Origin: Parcubacteria group bacterium Gr01-1014_31
GTDB taxonomy: Bacteria > Patescibacteriota > Patescibacteriia > Buchananbacterales > GWA2-38-13
NCBI GenBank assembly: GCA_007376135.1
Contig: VMFR01000001.1
Span: 206,554 to 270,553 of the forward strand
Length of the DNA stretch: 64,000 bases
Direction of reading: 5' to 3'
Part shown: piece by piece, positions 18,599 to 28,005 of the stretch
Layout: every line of letters begins with the position of its first letter
How positions within the stretch are numbered: the first letter of the stretch is position 1
Program-made: the position numbers and the translations under genes
The notes under the pieces: model-generated
The model's database searches: none
Told to the model about the DNA's origin: nothing
The model's input: the letters and a program-made list of their open reading frames with translations, nothing else

Positions 18599-20024
18599 AT
18601 TTCTAAAACTCTTCCGCCACGCGTTGACCAACGAGCAGCTCGCCCCCGCCGACCGCGAGGCCATCCGGTCAACGATACTGCGCGCCATCGCTTTGCACCC
18701 GGCGAAGAACGAGCAGCTTTTCCAGCGGGTGCGCGTACGCGACGCCGCGCCTGACCTGTTCGCGTTCTTGCGGCGCCCGTCGTTCGCGGTCATTAGCCTC
18801 GGCATTCTGCTGGCCGGCGGCGGGGTATCCTATGCCGCCGAGGACGCGCTGCCCGGCGGGTTCTTGTACCCGATCAAGGTTGCCGTTACCGAACCGTTGC
18901 GCGCCACGCTGACGTTCTCGGCCGAGCAGCGCGCCGTGCTGGCGGCAAAACTCGCGGACCGGCGCCTGCGCGAAGCCGAGCGCCTCGCGGCGGACGGCCG
19001 ATTGACCGCCGAAACCAGCGCGCAGCTCGCCAACCAGCTGACCAAGCATGCCGCCAAGGTGCAGGCCAACGTTGCCCGCCTGGAAGCCGCCGGGAACGTG
19101 CAGGCCGCGGCCAACATAGGCACCGCGCTGGAGGCCAACCTGTACGCCCACGCCGAGGTCATGACCCAGCTGGAACGGAAAGCGAAGGAGCTCCGCGGGA
19201 ATGACGACGAGCCCGATGAGGACTGGGAAACCCTCGCGACCTCCACCACGGCCGGCGTCGCGGCGACCACGACCGCCGCCGCGGACCAAAACTCCGGCGA
19301 TAATGACGGCCGTCCGCGCAAGGAAAGCACGCTGCTGGAGACCATCCGTGATCGGAGCGGCATGGCGCGCCGCCAGCAGGAAAACCTGGAGCGCCGGGTC
19401 GCCGAACGATCCAAGCAATCACGGAAGGCGGCGGAAAATAAACGCGCCGCCGCGGAGAATGCCATTGAAGAAACGCGCAAGTTCCTCCGCAAAGCCTCGG
19501 CGCGGTACGGCACGGCCGCCACCGCTGCCGCCACGGTCCGGCTGGATGCCGCCATGACCGTTCTGTCCCAGGGCATTGAACGCTTCAATGCCGACGAGTT
19601 TGCCCAGGCTTTCGTCCAATTCCAGCTGGCGCACCGCGGGGCCCAGGAAGCCAGGCAGCTCATCGTGGCCGTGAAAGACCTCGAAAAGAGACTGCCGACG
19701 CTTTCCACGGGTACCCCCTCCTGGTTGCTCGCGGCCAGCTCCACGCCAGTGATGACCATTGGCGGTGAGGATGCGCGGGATGATGACGATGAAGATGCCG
19801 CGGAAGCGCCAAAACCTGCGACCACGACCAGCCAGAGCGCCGCGGAACGACGCCGCGAAATTGAGCGCGAACAAAATGAGCTGCGGCGCAAGGAAGAGCG
19901 GCGGGAAGAGAATAGGCGGAGCGAGAATGGCGCACCAACACCCACTCCGACGCCCTCCCCCACCCCCAAAATTGAAGTGGAAGTCGAAATAGACACCAAG
20001 ACCGAACTGGACCTGAATTTCTAG
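18591..20024 (+). CDS. DUF5667-like protein cotranscribed with the ECF sigma (putative anti-sigma or partner); membrane-anchored, Ala-rich coiled-coil, Pro-Thr tail
   Basis: Internal Met MRKFLKLFRH... of ORF 18477..20024 overlaps the sigma stop by 8 bp, which suggests translational coupling. One TM segment (VISLGILLAGGGV). Confidence 0.55.
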   Translation: MRKFLKLFRHALTNEQLAPADREAIRSTILRAIALHPAKNEQLFQRVRVRDAAPDLFAFLRRPSFAVISLGILLAGGGVSYAAEDALPGGFLYPIKVAVTEPLRATLTFSAEQRAVLAAKLADRRLREAERLAADGRLTAETSAQLANQLTKHAAKVQANVARLEAAGNVQAAANIGTALEANLYAHAEVMTQLERKAKELRGNDDEPDEDWETLATSTTAGVAATTTAAADQNSGDNDGRPRKESTLLETIRDRSGMARRQQENLERRVAERSKQSRKAAENKRAAAENAIEETRKFLRKASARYGTAATAAATVRLDAAMTVLSQGIERFNADEFAQAFVQFQLAHRGAQEARQLIVAVKDLEKRLPTLSTGTPSWLLAASSTPVMTIGGEDARDDDDEDAAEAPKPATTTSQSAAERRREIEREQNELRRKEERREENRRSENGAPTPTPTPSPTPKIEVEVEIDTKTELDLNF

Positions 20025-20105
20025 CGAGGGGCGAAAAATCCGCGCATCGTGCCTGCGATGCGCGGATTTTTTGTGTCATCGTTGCCCCTCTGATACACTA
20101 CCCGT

Positions 20106-22766
20106 ATGCGAACCAGCCCCGCCTTCCCGCAAAAACCGGCCCGCGTCGCGATTAAAACCGCGCACCGGGTAGCGGTCGCGTCGCTGCTCATCACCGGGTC
20201 GACGGCTATCGCGCTTGCGTTCGGTACGTCGGCGACCCTGTTGGGTTTTGCGCTCTTCCCGCCGTTGCAGGTGCAAATGCAGGGCGTCGTACTACAGGCA
20301 GCAAACCGGCCCTTTATCCAACCCGCCATTCCCGATGCCTGGCGGCCATACATCGCCGAGAGATCCCTCAATAACTTGACTTTGCGCTTGTACGCCGGCA
20401 TCACCACACTGGGCATCCATATTTCCAGCAACACGAACCTGGCGACTGGACTGAACCGCCCGGTGTACTACCGCGAGAAGGGTGCGCTGCAATGGCTTCC
20501 GGCACACCCCTTGACGGGCCGCATCACCAAATCGCTTCCGCAGGAGGACGGTTCCTACGAGTACGAACCCTTGGAGCTGTACGTTACCTCGCTGTTCTGG
20601 CTCAAACCGGGAATTGTCTACGAGGTTTGCCTGTTGATTTCCGGCGCAACATGCGACGCCGACGGCAATCTGAAAGTCTCCCTGGCGACCCGGCAGGCAA
20701 CGAATTCGCCTACGCCGGAGGCGTTCTTTACCCCCACCCGCACGGTCATCGTGGACCCGGACCCGGCGAAGGGCGACTTTACTGCCATTCAGGCGGCAGT
20801 GAACGATTCCGCGACCGCACCGGGTACGCGCATCCAGATCAACGCCGGCGTCTACCACGAAGCGGTGACGATAAAATCCGACCGGTCCGGTGCCCCTGGC
20901 CGCTGGCTCCAGTTGTACGGCATGCCCGGCGCAGTTTTGGACGGTTCCTATGCCGCTTCGGAGCTTTTTACGCCCGGCTCCGCCTGGGAAAAGGTGACCC
21001 CGCCGAATGCCGTGAACGGCGACCACATCTACAAACGTCCGGTTCGCGATGACGTGCTGATCGGCTGGCTGGGCGACGAACAACTGCTGCGCCACCGCGA
21101 TTCCGACCGCGGCAGCGGCTGGAAGAATTTTGTCGATGCCAACGCGGGAGAATTCCGCGACGGCTGCGATGAACCGAAGTTCCTTGTCCGACGCAGCTGG
21201 TACATGGACGAGGCCAACGACCTTATCTACCTCCGCTGGGACAGCGCCGTTGACCCCGCCGGCCTGGACCTGACATTCTCTCGCTACCCCATGGGCATCA
21301 TGCTGGACGGCGCCGACTGGGTGTGGGTGGAGGGGCTGCAGATCAGCCGCTTCGGCAATGGCCCCCGCACCGGTGCAGTCTACATCCAGAACGGTGAGTT
21401 CAACATCGTGCGCCGCAATGCCATTCTGCGCAATGCCGACGGCATTAGCGTCATCTGGCGCGAGAGGGGCGAAAATTGCCAAACCGCGCTCTGCAGCGGC
21501 GACGACGGCTCGTCATTCAACCGCGTCGAGGACAATACCATCGATAACGGCATTCCCGACGCCACGCTTTCTTACTGCCACACCAAGCGCTCCGCCCCAT
21601 TCTTCGGCATTCGCCTGGGCGGCAGCCTAGGCAACTCGGCTTCCGGCAATTCCCTCACCCGCATCGGCGAGAACAGCATCCAGATCACGCTCGCCGGAGA
21701 CATGGCGAAAGCGACACGCTGCAACGACGAGGAATCCTGCCGGGATCTTTTCCCGTACGTGCTCTGGGAGACCGACGTGTACGACAACACCATCTTTACC
21801 AACGTGGAGGGGCTGGAACCGGACGGCGCCCAGGTCAACGGCCGCCTGTTTCACAACCGCCTCCGCAACGTGGAGAAATATCTTGTCTCCCTGCAGGCCT
21901 CGCAGTACGGACCGACGTTCGTCGTGCGCAATATCCTGACGCGCAGCGAACCCTCCGAACTGCTGCTGACGGAAACGACCAAGAACCGCTATCCGTACCT
22001 GCACCGCTACACCTACATCTACCACAACAATCTCTGGCTGGACTACCACAGCCGACCACTCTCGACCAAAATGTATTTCAAGGAATTTCACCTGCGCTAC
22101 CGCAACAATGTCTTTCGCAACAGCAGCGGCTCGGTCGCCTCGTTTGACAACCGCCTGGATGCCGACGAGGAGGAGTACGCTGGCAACGCCGACCTGGATT
22201 ACAACGCATACAGCTCCGGCGAGGGCAGTCCCATCGTCAACTGGGTGACTGAGAGCGGCTGGGACGACATCCGCACCAGCAGCCGGCTTTGCTCCGAACA
22301 CGGGCTGGAATGCCACGGCATCGGCGGCGGCGGATTTTGGCCCGACGGGTTGTCCGCTCCGGCCGAGGAGGATTTCACACCCCTGTCGAACGGCAAATAC
22401 TTGGATGCCGGCGAGGTCATTCCCGGCATCAATCTGCCCTACTACGGCAAGAAGCCCGACATCGGCGCGGAGGAGCTGGCGATGTTCAAACGCGGCGACT
22501 CGAACGGCGACGGCAAGATGGATATCGGCGACAGCATTTTTACGCTCAACCATTTGTTCATTGGCGGCCGACAGCCTGGTTGTCTGGACGCCGCCGACTA
22601 CACCGATGACGGCAAGGTGAATCTTGCCGACGCGGTCGCCAATATCAACTACCTATTCCTCGGCAGCGAGGTTCCGCCGAGCGAGCCCGCCTCCGCCTGC
22701 GGCTACGACCCCACCCCCGACACTCTCCGTTGCGCGGAATTCCTCCCGTGCGCGAAGTGGGAATAA
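20106..22766 (+). CDS. Secreted right-handed parallel beta-helix protein (pectate-lyase/NosD-like fold) with C-terminal type-I dockerin domain
   Basis: Beta-helix repeats across residues ~230-650. The C-terminus has two Ca-loop/helix dockerin repeats (GDSNGDGKMDIGDSIFTLNHLF ... DYTDDGKVNLADAVANINYLF). Confidence 0.7.
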   Translation: MRTSPAFPQKPARVAIKTAHRVAVASLLITGSTAIALAFGTSATLLGFALFPPLQVQMQGVVLQAANRPFIQPAIPDAWRPYIAERSLNNLTLRLYAGITTLGIHISSNTNLATGLNRPVYYREKGALQWLPAHPLTGRITKSLPQEDGSYEYEPLELYVTSLFWLKPGIVYEVCLLISGATCDADGNLKVSLATRQATNSPTPEAFFTPTRTVIVDPDPAKGDFTAIQAAVNDSATAPGTRIQINAGVYHEAVTIKSDRSGAPGRWLQLYGMPGAVLDGSYAASELFTPGSAWEKVTPPNAVNGDHIYKRPVRDDVLIGWLGDEQLLRHRDSDRGSGWKNFVDANAGEFRDGCDEPKFLVRRSWYMDEANDLIYLRWDSAVDPAGLDLTFSRYPMGIMLDGADWVWVEGLQISRFGNGPRTGAVYIQNGEFNIVRRNAILRNADGISVIWRERGENCQTALCSGDDGSSFNRVEDNTIDNGIPDATLSYCHTKRSAPFFGIRLGGSLGNSASGNSLTRIGENSIQITLAGDMAKATRCNDEESCRDLFPYVLWETDVYDNTIFTNVEGLEPDGAQVNGRLFHNRLRNVEKYLVSLQASQYGPTFVVRNILTRSEPSELLLTETTKNRYPYLHRYTYIYHNNLWLDYHSRPLSTKMYFKEFHLRYRNNVFRNSSGSVASFDNRLDADEEEYAGNADLDYNAYSSGEGSPIVNWVTESGWDDIRTSSRLCSEHGLECHGIGGGGFWPDGLSAPAEEDFTPLSNGKYLDAGEVIPGINLPYYGKKPDIGAEELAMFKRGDSNGDGKMDIGDSIFTLNHLFIGGRQPGCLDAADYTDDGKVNLADAVANINYLFLGSEVPPSEPASACGYDPTPDTLRCAEFLPCAKWE

Positions 22767-22804
22767 TTTTTGGCACCTGAAAGGTGCCACCAAACCGATT
22801 GTTT

Positions 22805-23177
22805 CCCCACCTTTCTAGGAAAGGTGGGACCAAAGTCGCGCCCCGTGTCAGAAGGTAGAAAAAATCAGACTCGCTCGGCGTAAAATCGCTATGCGCACTC
22901 GGCGTCAGCACGCGATTTCCCACCTCCTCGCTTGTCTCGATTTTTTACCTACTTTCCTCCAATGGGCGCATCGCGTCGGTCCGGGCCGATCCGAGCATTG
23001 GAGTAATTCAGGAAGAATTACGCGGCGAGAAGGCCGGGTTTGCGCCGCGCAAAACGCGAGGGTGTCTGAGGAGCGGAGCGACGAGTTCGCGAGCGTACGG
23101 ACGACGAGTCGCATAATTCTCTGAATTACGGAGTCTGCTCGGCAGTTTTTGGCCACCTTTTGCTGCCAAAAGGTGGC
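22805..23177. repeat. Hairpin-ended repeat element, copy A (contains a nested 128-bp palindromic-ended insertion at ~23007..23134). It is an inverted copy of 44942..45209.
   Basis: The reverse complement of 44942..45209 aligns base-for-base over ~270 bp, with a few substitutions. The outer hairpin is ccacctttctaggaaaggtgg and the inner hairpin is gccaccttttgctgccaaaaggtggc. Confidence 0.85.
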
Positions 23178-23215
23178 GATAAAATCATTTTAACGTAGCC
23201 AAAATCAGTCAATTC

Positions 23216-23250
23216 CTATTGACTTTTTTTATTATCTATGGTATATTAAT
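23216..23250 (+). promoter_or_regulatory. Putative sigma70-type promoter (TTGACT -35, ~18 bp spacer, TATATT -10) for the dockerin gene
   Basis: AT-rich tract ttgactttttttattatctatggtatattaat lies 45-75 bp upstream of the ATG at 23293, and GGAG sits 7 nt before the start. Confidence 0.4.
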
Positions 23251-23292
23251 ATCCTTTGTATACGCCCTTTCCACAATCTTCGGAGTAGAGCC

Positions 23293-23622
23293 ATGTTCTC
23301 AACGCTTGTTCTTGCAGCAGTACTGCTGGGCCAGGGTGAGGAGTCGGACATCACCGCGTTCATTCGCGGCGACGCCAATAACGACCAACGGGTCAATATC
23401 GCCGATGCGATAGCCATCGTTTCCGTCCTGTTCGGACGCCAGCATCCCCCACTCCTGTGCGGGGACGCGGCCGATGCGAACAACGACGGCGCCATCACCA
23501 TCGCCGACCCCCTCTTCCTCATCCAGTACCAATTTGGCGGCGGTATTCCACCTCCGTCGCCATTCCCGGCTCCCGGCCTGGACACCGGCTGGGACCAATT
23601 AGCCTGCGGCGTCGCGGGCTAA
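23293..23622 (+). CDS. Small free-standing dockerin-domain protein (109 aa) with N-terminal signal-like segment
   Basis: Two dockerin repeats: GDANNDQRVNIADAIAIVSVLFG and GDAADANNDGAITIADPLFLIQYQFGG. Confidence 0.6.
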   Translation: MFSTLVLAAVLLGQGEESDITAFIRGDANNDQRVNIADAIAIVSVLFGRQHPPLLCGDAADANNDGAITIADPLFLIQYQFGGGIPPPSPFPAPGLDTGWDQLACGVAG

Positions 23623-24682
23623 GCACTCTCCTTTTCTCGTGGCGGGCGGCATCCTTCGGGGTCCCGCCCGCTTTTCATTTTCCCTACCTCCAGATATAAA
23701 GACCCTCCATCTCTGGCCATTTGCGCCCCCAACGTCATTCCGGCCTCGGCCTGTCCCGCTGTTGACGGGGAGCCGGAATCCAGAACGAACATAACCCGTC
23801 ATCCCTGGCCCGGACCAGGAATGACATCTTGAATGAGGGTTACCCACATGAAATCGAGTGATGACCGTCCTGGATGCAGGATTCTCACTCATAAAAAAAC
23901 ACCCCGCGTTGCAAGCGCAGGGCATTTGAGTGAAGAACGGGGGCGGACTAACCGTAGTGGTTGTCCGACATCGAAATGTGGGTGGCGGCCAATCCTGGCC
24001 ATGCAGGCGGCGGAGCGGCGGGCTCTGCTTGTTCGTTGGAATGTGCGGCTTCACTGCCACTGGGTTGTGCTTCGCTGCCGAGTACTGCTTGTGGCGCATA
24101 CACACCGTCACCACTGGAAAAGGGCGAGTCAAACGGATATGGCATCCTACCTCCTATCGGGTTGGCGGAAAATTCGGAAACTACAGATTAGCGGAAATCG
24201 ACCCCCTGGTCAAGGGTCGCTGCATACGGGGTAAGAAAACTTTTTACAGTGCTAGGTACTAAGAAGATAGTAGGCGCTTGATGTCATCCCGGCACCCCTC
24301 ACCCAACCCCTCTCCCTGAGGGAGAGGGTGGCCGGAGGCCGGGTGAGGGCGCCCACCCCAAACTCCGTCATCGTGAAAATGACCAAACACCCGCACCCTC
24401 CGGTCCCCCTCCCCGCGCCCAACCGTCATTCCGGCCCCGGCCTGTCCCGCAGTTGGCGGGAAGCCGGGATCTCACCCACGGGTGACCCCCCCCGAAGGGG
24501 GGCAGAACACAATCACCGGGTTTCTGGGTCCCCGCAGAAGTTTACCCTCATGAAAATGGGGGCGAGGACGACCAGACGGCCACAGAAACGACAAATACCA
24601 AAAAGCGGCCCGTGAGGGCCGCTTTTCACTTCTCCTAAACCGATCCTACCGTCCTACTCGACTACACTCCTACTCACCCTGA

Positions 24683-24763
24683 CTATCGGTAGGACAACAT
24701 CGTCACGTGCTTGCCGGACTTCTTCCGGTGCTTCTTCTGCGCAACTTTGCGTTTCTTATTCAT
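24683..24763 (-). CDS. 26-aa highly basic peptide (MNKKRKVAQKKHRKKSGKHVTMLSYR), speculative
   Basis: Small ORF followed on the same strand by a strong hairpin plus T-run at ~24600..24628. Confidence 0.2.
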   Translation of the reverse strand: MNKKRKVAQKKHRKKSGKHVTMLSYR

Positions 24764-24804
24764 GGGGTAAGGTTAGCACGACAAGCGCGGTCTCACAATG
24801 GTCA

Positions 24805-26637
24805 TTACGGCAGGGTCGGCAACGGCATATTCAGGTCAGGGCACTCCAGCAGGTTTATCCAACGCTTGGTGGTCTTGTAGACGTACCCGGTCGGGGTCTG
24901 CGCGTTGGGCAAGCCGTACGGCACCCATGGCAGCAGCACCTGCTCCCAGTACTTTTTCTGGAATTCCATCACCGCGTCGCGGGTCGCCTTATCGTAGACG
25001 CCCGTCACGGCGAGGCTCAGCCCGAGGTTCTTGTTCAGGAACTCCTGCAGTTTCTTCACTTCCTCCGGGTCGTTCTTGGCCCCGTACTTGATGAATTTTT
25101 TCAGGTACTCGGTGCTGCATACGAACGGGGTTTCCTCAGTGCTGACACCCAAGACCCGCGGCTGCGGGACGCTGCCCGCCGGAACGCCAGTGGGCACTCC
25201 TGGACCGCGACCCGGCGGGCCGTTGGCGCCGCCCCTTGGCGTCGGAGTCGGCGTGGGTGAGCTGCCACCACCGCCGGGGGTTGGCGTTGGGGTGGGCGTG
25301 GGTTCAGGTGTTGGCGTGGGTGTCGGGGTCGGGCCAGGACCGTCGCCGTTGTCTTCATTATCGTCGTCCGTGCCTGTGCAACCCGGGTCATCCATATCCA
25401 CGAGTTCGTCGTCGTCATTGTCAACGCCGTCGGAACATTCCGTGGTCGGAGTCGGCGTGGGGGTTGGCGTTGGGGTGGGCGTCGGGTCAACCGGGTCGGT
25501 TTCGTCATCGTCCTCGTCGCTGTCGCAGCCCAGGTCGTCCAAATCCACCTCGCCGTCGTCGTCATTGTCCTCCCCATCCGAACACTGCGGTGTCGGCGTC
25601 GGACTGGGCGTCGGGGTCGGCGTGGGCGTCGGGTCAACGGGGTCGGTTTCGTCATCATCGTCCGGAGCACTGCAACCCGGGTCGTCCGAATCTATCAGCT
25701 CGTCGGCGTCGTTATCCTCTCCGTCCGAACACTGCGGTGTCGGCGTAGGCGTCGGGTCAACGAGGTCGGTTTCGTCATCATCGTCCGGGTTGGAACAACC
25801 CGGGTCCTCGGAATCTACCAACTGGTCCCCATCATTATCGGTAGTATCCGAACACTGCGGTGTCGGCGTCGGACTGGGTGTCGGGGTGGGTGTTGGGGTC
25901 GGGTCAACGGGGTCGGTTTCGTCATCATCGTCCGGAGCACTGCATCCCGGGTCCTGCTCATCCACGAGTTGGTCGCCGTCATTGTCCGTAGTGTCCGAGC
26001 ACTGCGGAGTTGGCGTTGGAGTCGGAGTTGGCGTCGGCGTGGGTGTCGGGGTGACCGGGTCCGTTTCGTCGTTGTCCTCGGCGTTGGCGCATCCCGGGTC
26101 CGCCAAATCTACTAACTGGTCGCCGTCGTTATCGGTGGTGTCGGAACACTGCGGAGACGACTCGCTGACCGTCACCTGCACGGATGCCGTTGCCTCGCCG
26201 GAGCTTTCTGCGCCCGGAGGAGTCGCGTGATACAGCTTGGCGATAATGGTATAGGTACCGCCAGCCTCGTAGTCGTGGGTATTGTGCCACGGCCCGGAAA
26301 AATTCTTCACGTTACCGTGAGACAGGTCCACGAATTCCAGCACGGACGTATCGTCCACGTTGCCGTCGCCCCAGTTCACCTGCACGTCGTGCTGCGAGAA
26401 CTGGCCGACGAACGGGACGCCGAACCCGGTGCCGTCCACCTGGACCGACAGACCGTTCACGGTCGTGCCGGTAATAGTTAGGTCATACTCTCCCCCGCCC
26501 GTGGCGGCCATGATGGCCGCGGGCGAAAATGCGGACACCACCATGGAAAAGATGGTCGCGGCGGCCACGGTCCGCAGCCCGTCCAGACGGGAGTGCACAG
26601 AGGCAAACAGCCGTTTCGCGCGGATGTTTTTCTTCAT
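24805..26637 (-). CDS. Secreted protein with six Cys-bracketed Ca-binding-like repeats (QCSDTTDNDGDQLVDxxDPGC) joined by PT linkers, a Gly/Pro-rich spacer and a C-terminal peptidoglycan-binding (PGBD1-like) domain
   Basis: ORF track. The repeats are DxDxDG-type. The C-terminus ...LQEFLNKNLGLSLAVTGVYDKATRDAVMEFQKKY... matches the PG_binding_1 pattern. Confidence 0.7.
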   Translation of the reverse strand: MKKNIRAKRLFASVHSRLDGLRTVAAATIFSMVVSAFSPAAIMAATGGGEYDLTITGTTVNGLSVQVDGTGFGVPFVGQFSQHDVQVNWGDGNVDDTSVLEFVDLSHGNVKNFSGPWHNTHDYEAGGTYTIIAKLYHATPPGAESSGEATASVQVTVSESSPQCSDTTDNDGDQLVDLADPGCANAEDNDETDPVTPTPTPTPTPTPTPTPQCSDTTDNDGDQLVDEQDPGCSAPDDDDETDPVDPTPTPTPTPSPTPTPQCSDTTDNDGDQLVDSEDPGCSNPDDDDETDLVDPTPTPTPQCSDGEDNDADELIDSDDPGCSAPDDDDETDPVDPTPTPTPTPSPTPTPQCSDGEDNDDDGEVDLDDLGCDSDEDDDETDPVDPTPTPTPTPTPTPTTECSDGVDNDDDELVDMDDPGCTGTDDDNEDNGDGPGPTPTPTPTPEPTPTPTPTPGGGGSSPTPTPTPRGGANGPPGRGPGVPTGVPAGSVPQPRVLGVSTEETPFVCSTEYLKKFIKYGAKNDPEEVKKLQEFLNKNLGLSLAVTGVYDKATRDAVMEFQKKYWEQVLLPWVPYGLPNAQTPTGYVYKTTKRWINLLECPDLNMPLPTLP

Positions 26638-26763
26638 AGATAAACGGTTATAACGGGTTTGAAATTAGTCGACCACTTTACCCTGACCAAAGCATTGTGT
26701 CAACCCGCGCACAAAGGGCGCCATACCGGCGCCCTGGCATGCCTAACTCTTCGTGGCGCGCGG

Positions 26764-27996
26764 CTACTCGCAAAGCTGCCCGGCAATGGTGTTGTAGATG
26801 GCGGCAAGGTCCCCGCTGGACGGGCTGAAGTAGTACTGCCCGCCGGTCATCGTTGCGATCTGCTGCAACATCGTGCTGTTGACGTTGGAGCCAAGGCCGA
26901 TAGTGAAAATGGTGGTGCTGGCGTTGGCCGCGTCCTGCGCGCGGTTGATGGCGTAGGTAACATCTGCGGCGTACTCACCGTACCCGGGGCCGAACGGCTT
27001 GTTGGCCTTGCCGTCGGTCAAAAGGATTTCCACGTGAGCTGCTGCTGGGCGCATCCGCACGGATGTAAGCTCGGTGTTCGCGGTCTTAATGGCGTCGCCA
27101 ATGTTTGTTGCGCCAACCGCCACCAGCGCGTCGATCTTGGTCTTTACCAATGGGTAGTTGTTGGTCAACGTTTGGTCCAGGGTCACGCTGGTTGCGAACG
27201 ATACCAAGGACGCCTGGTCGTTCGGAGTGAGTAGGTCCACAAAGCCCTTGGCTGCCGCCTTGGCGTCAACGAACCGCTGGCCGCTGTCAAACAGCATGGA
27301 GCCGGAGCGGTCAATGATGAGGACGACGTCCACCGGCCCGGTGCACTGCTGGGTTGTGCAGCTCGCGCTGCAGGAAGCTCCCGGCTGGCCGTTCTGCGGC
27401 CCCAGGTCGCACTCCTCGCCCGGTTCCATAATGCCGTTGCCGCAGGAGGGGTCGATGTTGACCGACAGGTCACAGCCGAATTCGCCGTTGGTGGTAACGA
27501 TGCCGCCTTTGTGGTCCTGGGCGACGCCGCCGCTGGTCGGGTCGGCGATGGCCGGCGCGTCCAAAAGCACGGTCCAGACGTCGGTCTCGTCCGTGCTTTC
27601 CGTTAAGGTCGCGTTGGCCGGCACGTCGCCTTCGCCCGTTTCGCCCGTCAGCGAGATGTACGGACACAGGTCGCGGTAGTAGCCGGGCAGCTCAGGGTCG
27701 CCGCCGTCCGGGTACTCCGGGTGCTCCGGCGGCAAGGGCTTGCGCTTCTCCTCTATCCAGTAATCCTGCGACTGGCCCAGGAATTCCGGCGCCAGGGTAA
27801 TAGTGAAGGTTTCGTCCAGCTGCTCGCCCGGGAAGACCATGCCGAAGTCCAAATGGTTGATGGATTCCAAGATGGGCAGCAAGGTGGCCGACACGCCGAT
27901 GAGCGCAGACTGGAATATCGCGAACACCAGCCCGCTCACCACGAGTGTGGCGGTTCCCTTGGCCCAGCGGCGGATGGTCATTTTGGAGGTGAACAT
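26764..27996 (-). CDS. Secreted vWA-domain protein with a Myxococcus-type Cys-rich repeat; member of the SipW-cognate-like N-terminal family
   Basis: VWA MIDAS region (VVLIIDRSGSM, ... LTDG). CGNGIMEPGEECDLGPQNGQPGASCSASC repeat. N-terminal AIFQSALIGVSATL...FGMVFPGEQLDETF parallels the paralogs at 33291 and 35135. Confidence 0.8.
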   Translation of the reverse strand: MFTSKMTIRRWAKGTATLVVSGLVFAIFQSALIGVSATLLPILESINHLDFGMVFPGEQLDETFTITLAPEFLGQSQDYWIEEKRKPLPPEHPEYPDGGDPELPGYYRDLCPYISLTGETGEGDVPANATLTESTDETDVWTVLLDAPAIADPTSGGVAQDHKGGIVTTNGEFGCDLSVNIDPSCGNGIMEPGEECDLGPQNGQPGASCSASCTTQQCTGPVDVVLIIDRSGSMLFDSGQRFVDAKAAAKGFVDLLTPNDQASLVSFATSVTLDQTLTNNYPLVKTKIDALVAVGATNIGDAIKTANTELTSVRMRPAAAHVEILLTDGKANKPFGPGYGEYAADVTYAINRAQDAANASTTIFTIGLGSNVNSTMLQQIATMTGGQYYFSPSSGDLAAIYNTIAGQLCE

Positions 27997-28005
27997 GGCG
28001 ATAGT

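Noticed and set aside
22767-22790. Hairpin ggcacctgaaaggtgcc right after the dockerin/beta-helix gene stop, considered as an intrinsic terminator
   Set aside because: No T-run follows it. It belongs to the same CCACCTTT/AAAGGTGG hairpin family as the repeat-element ends, so it was treated as part of the repeat and not as a terminator.
25031-26230. 399-aa plus-strand ORF and the apparent periodic DNA repeats 25240..26050
   Set aside because: The periodicity comes from Pro-Thr linker and Ca-repeat coding on the minus strand (24805..26637). It is not a CRISPR array, because the spacers are not unique and there is no leader or cas. The plus-strand ORF is a shadow.
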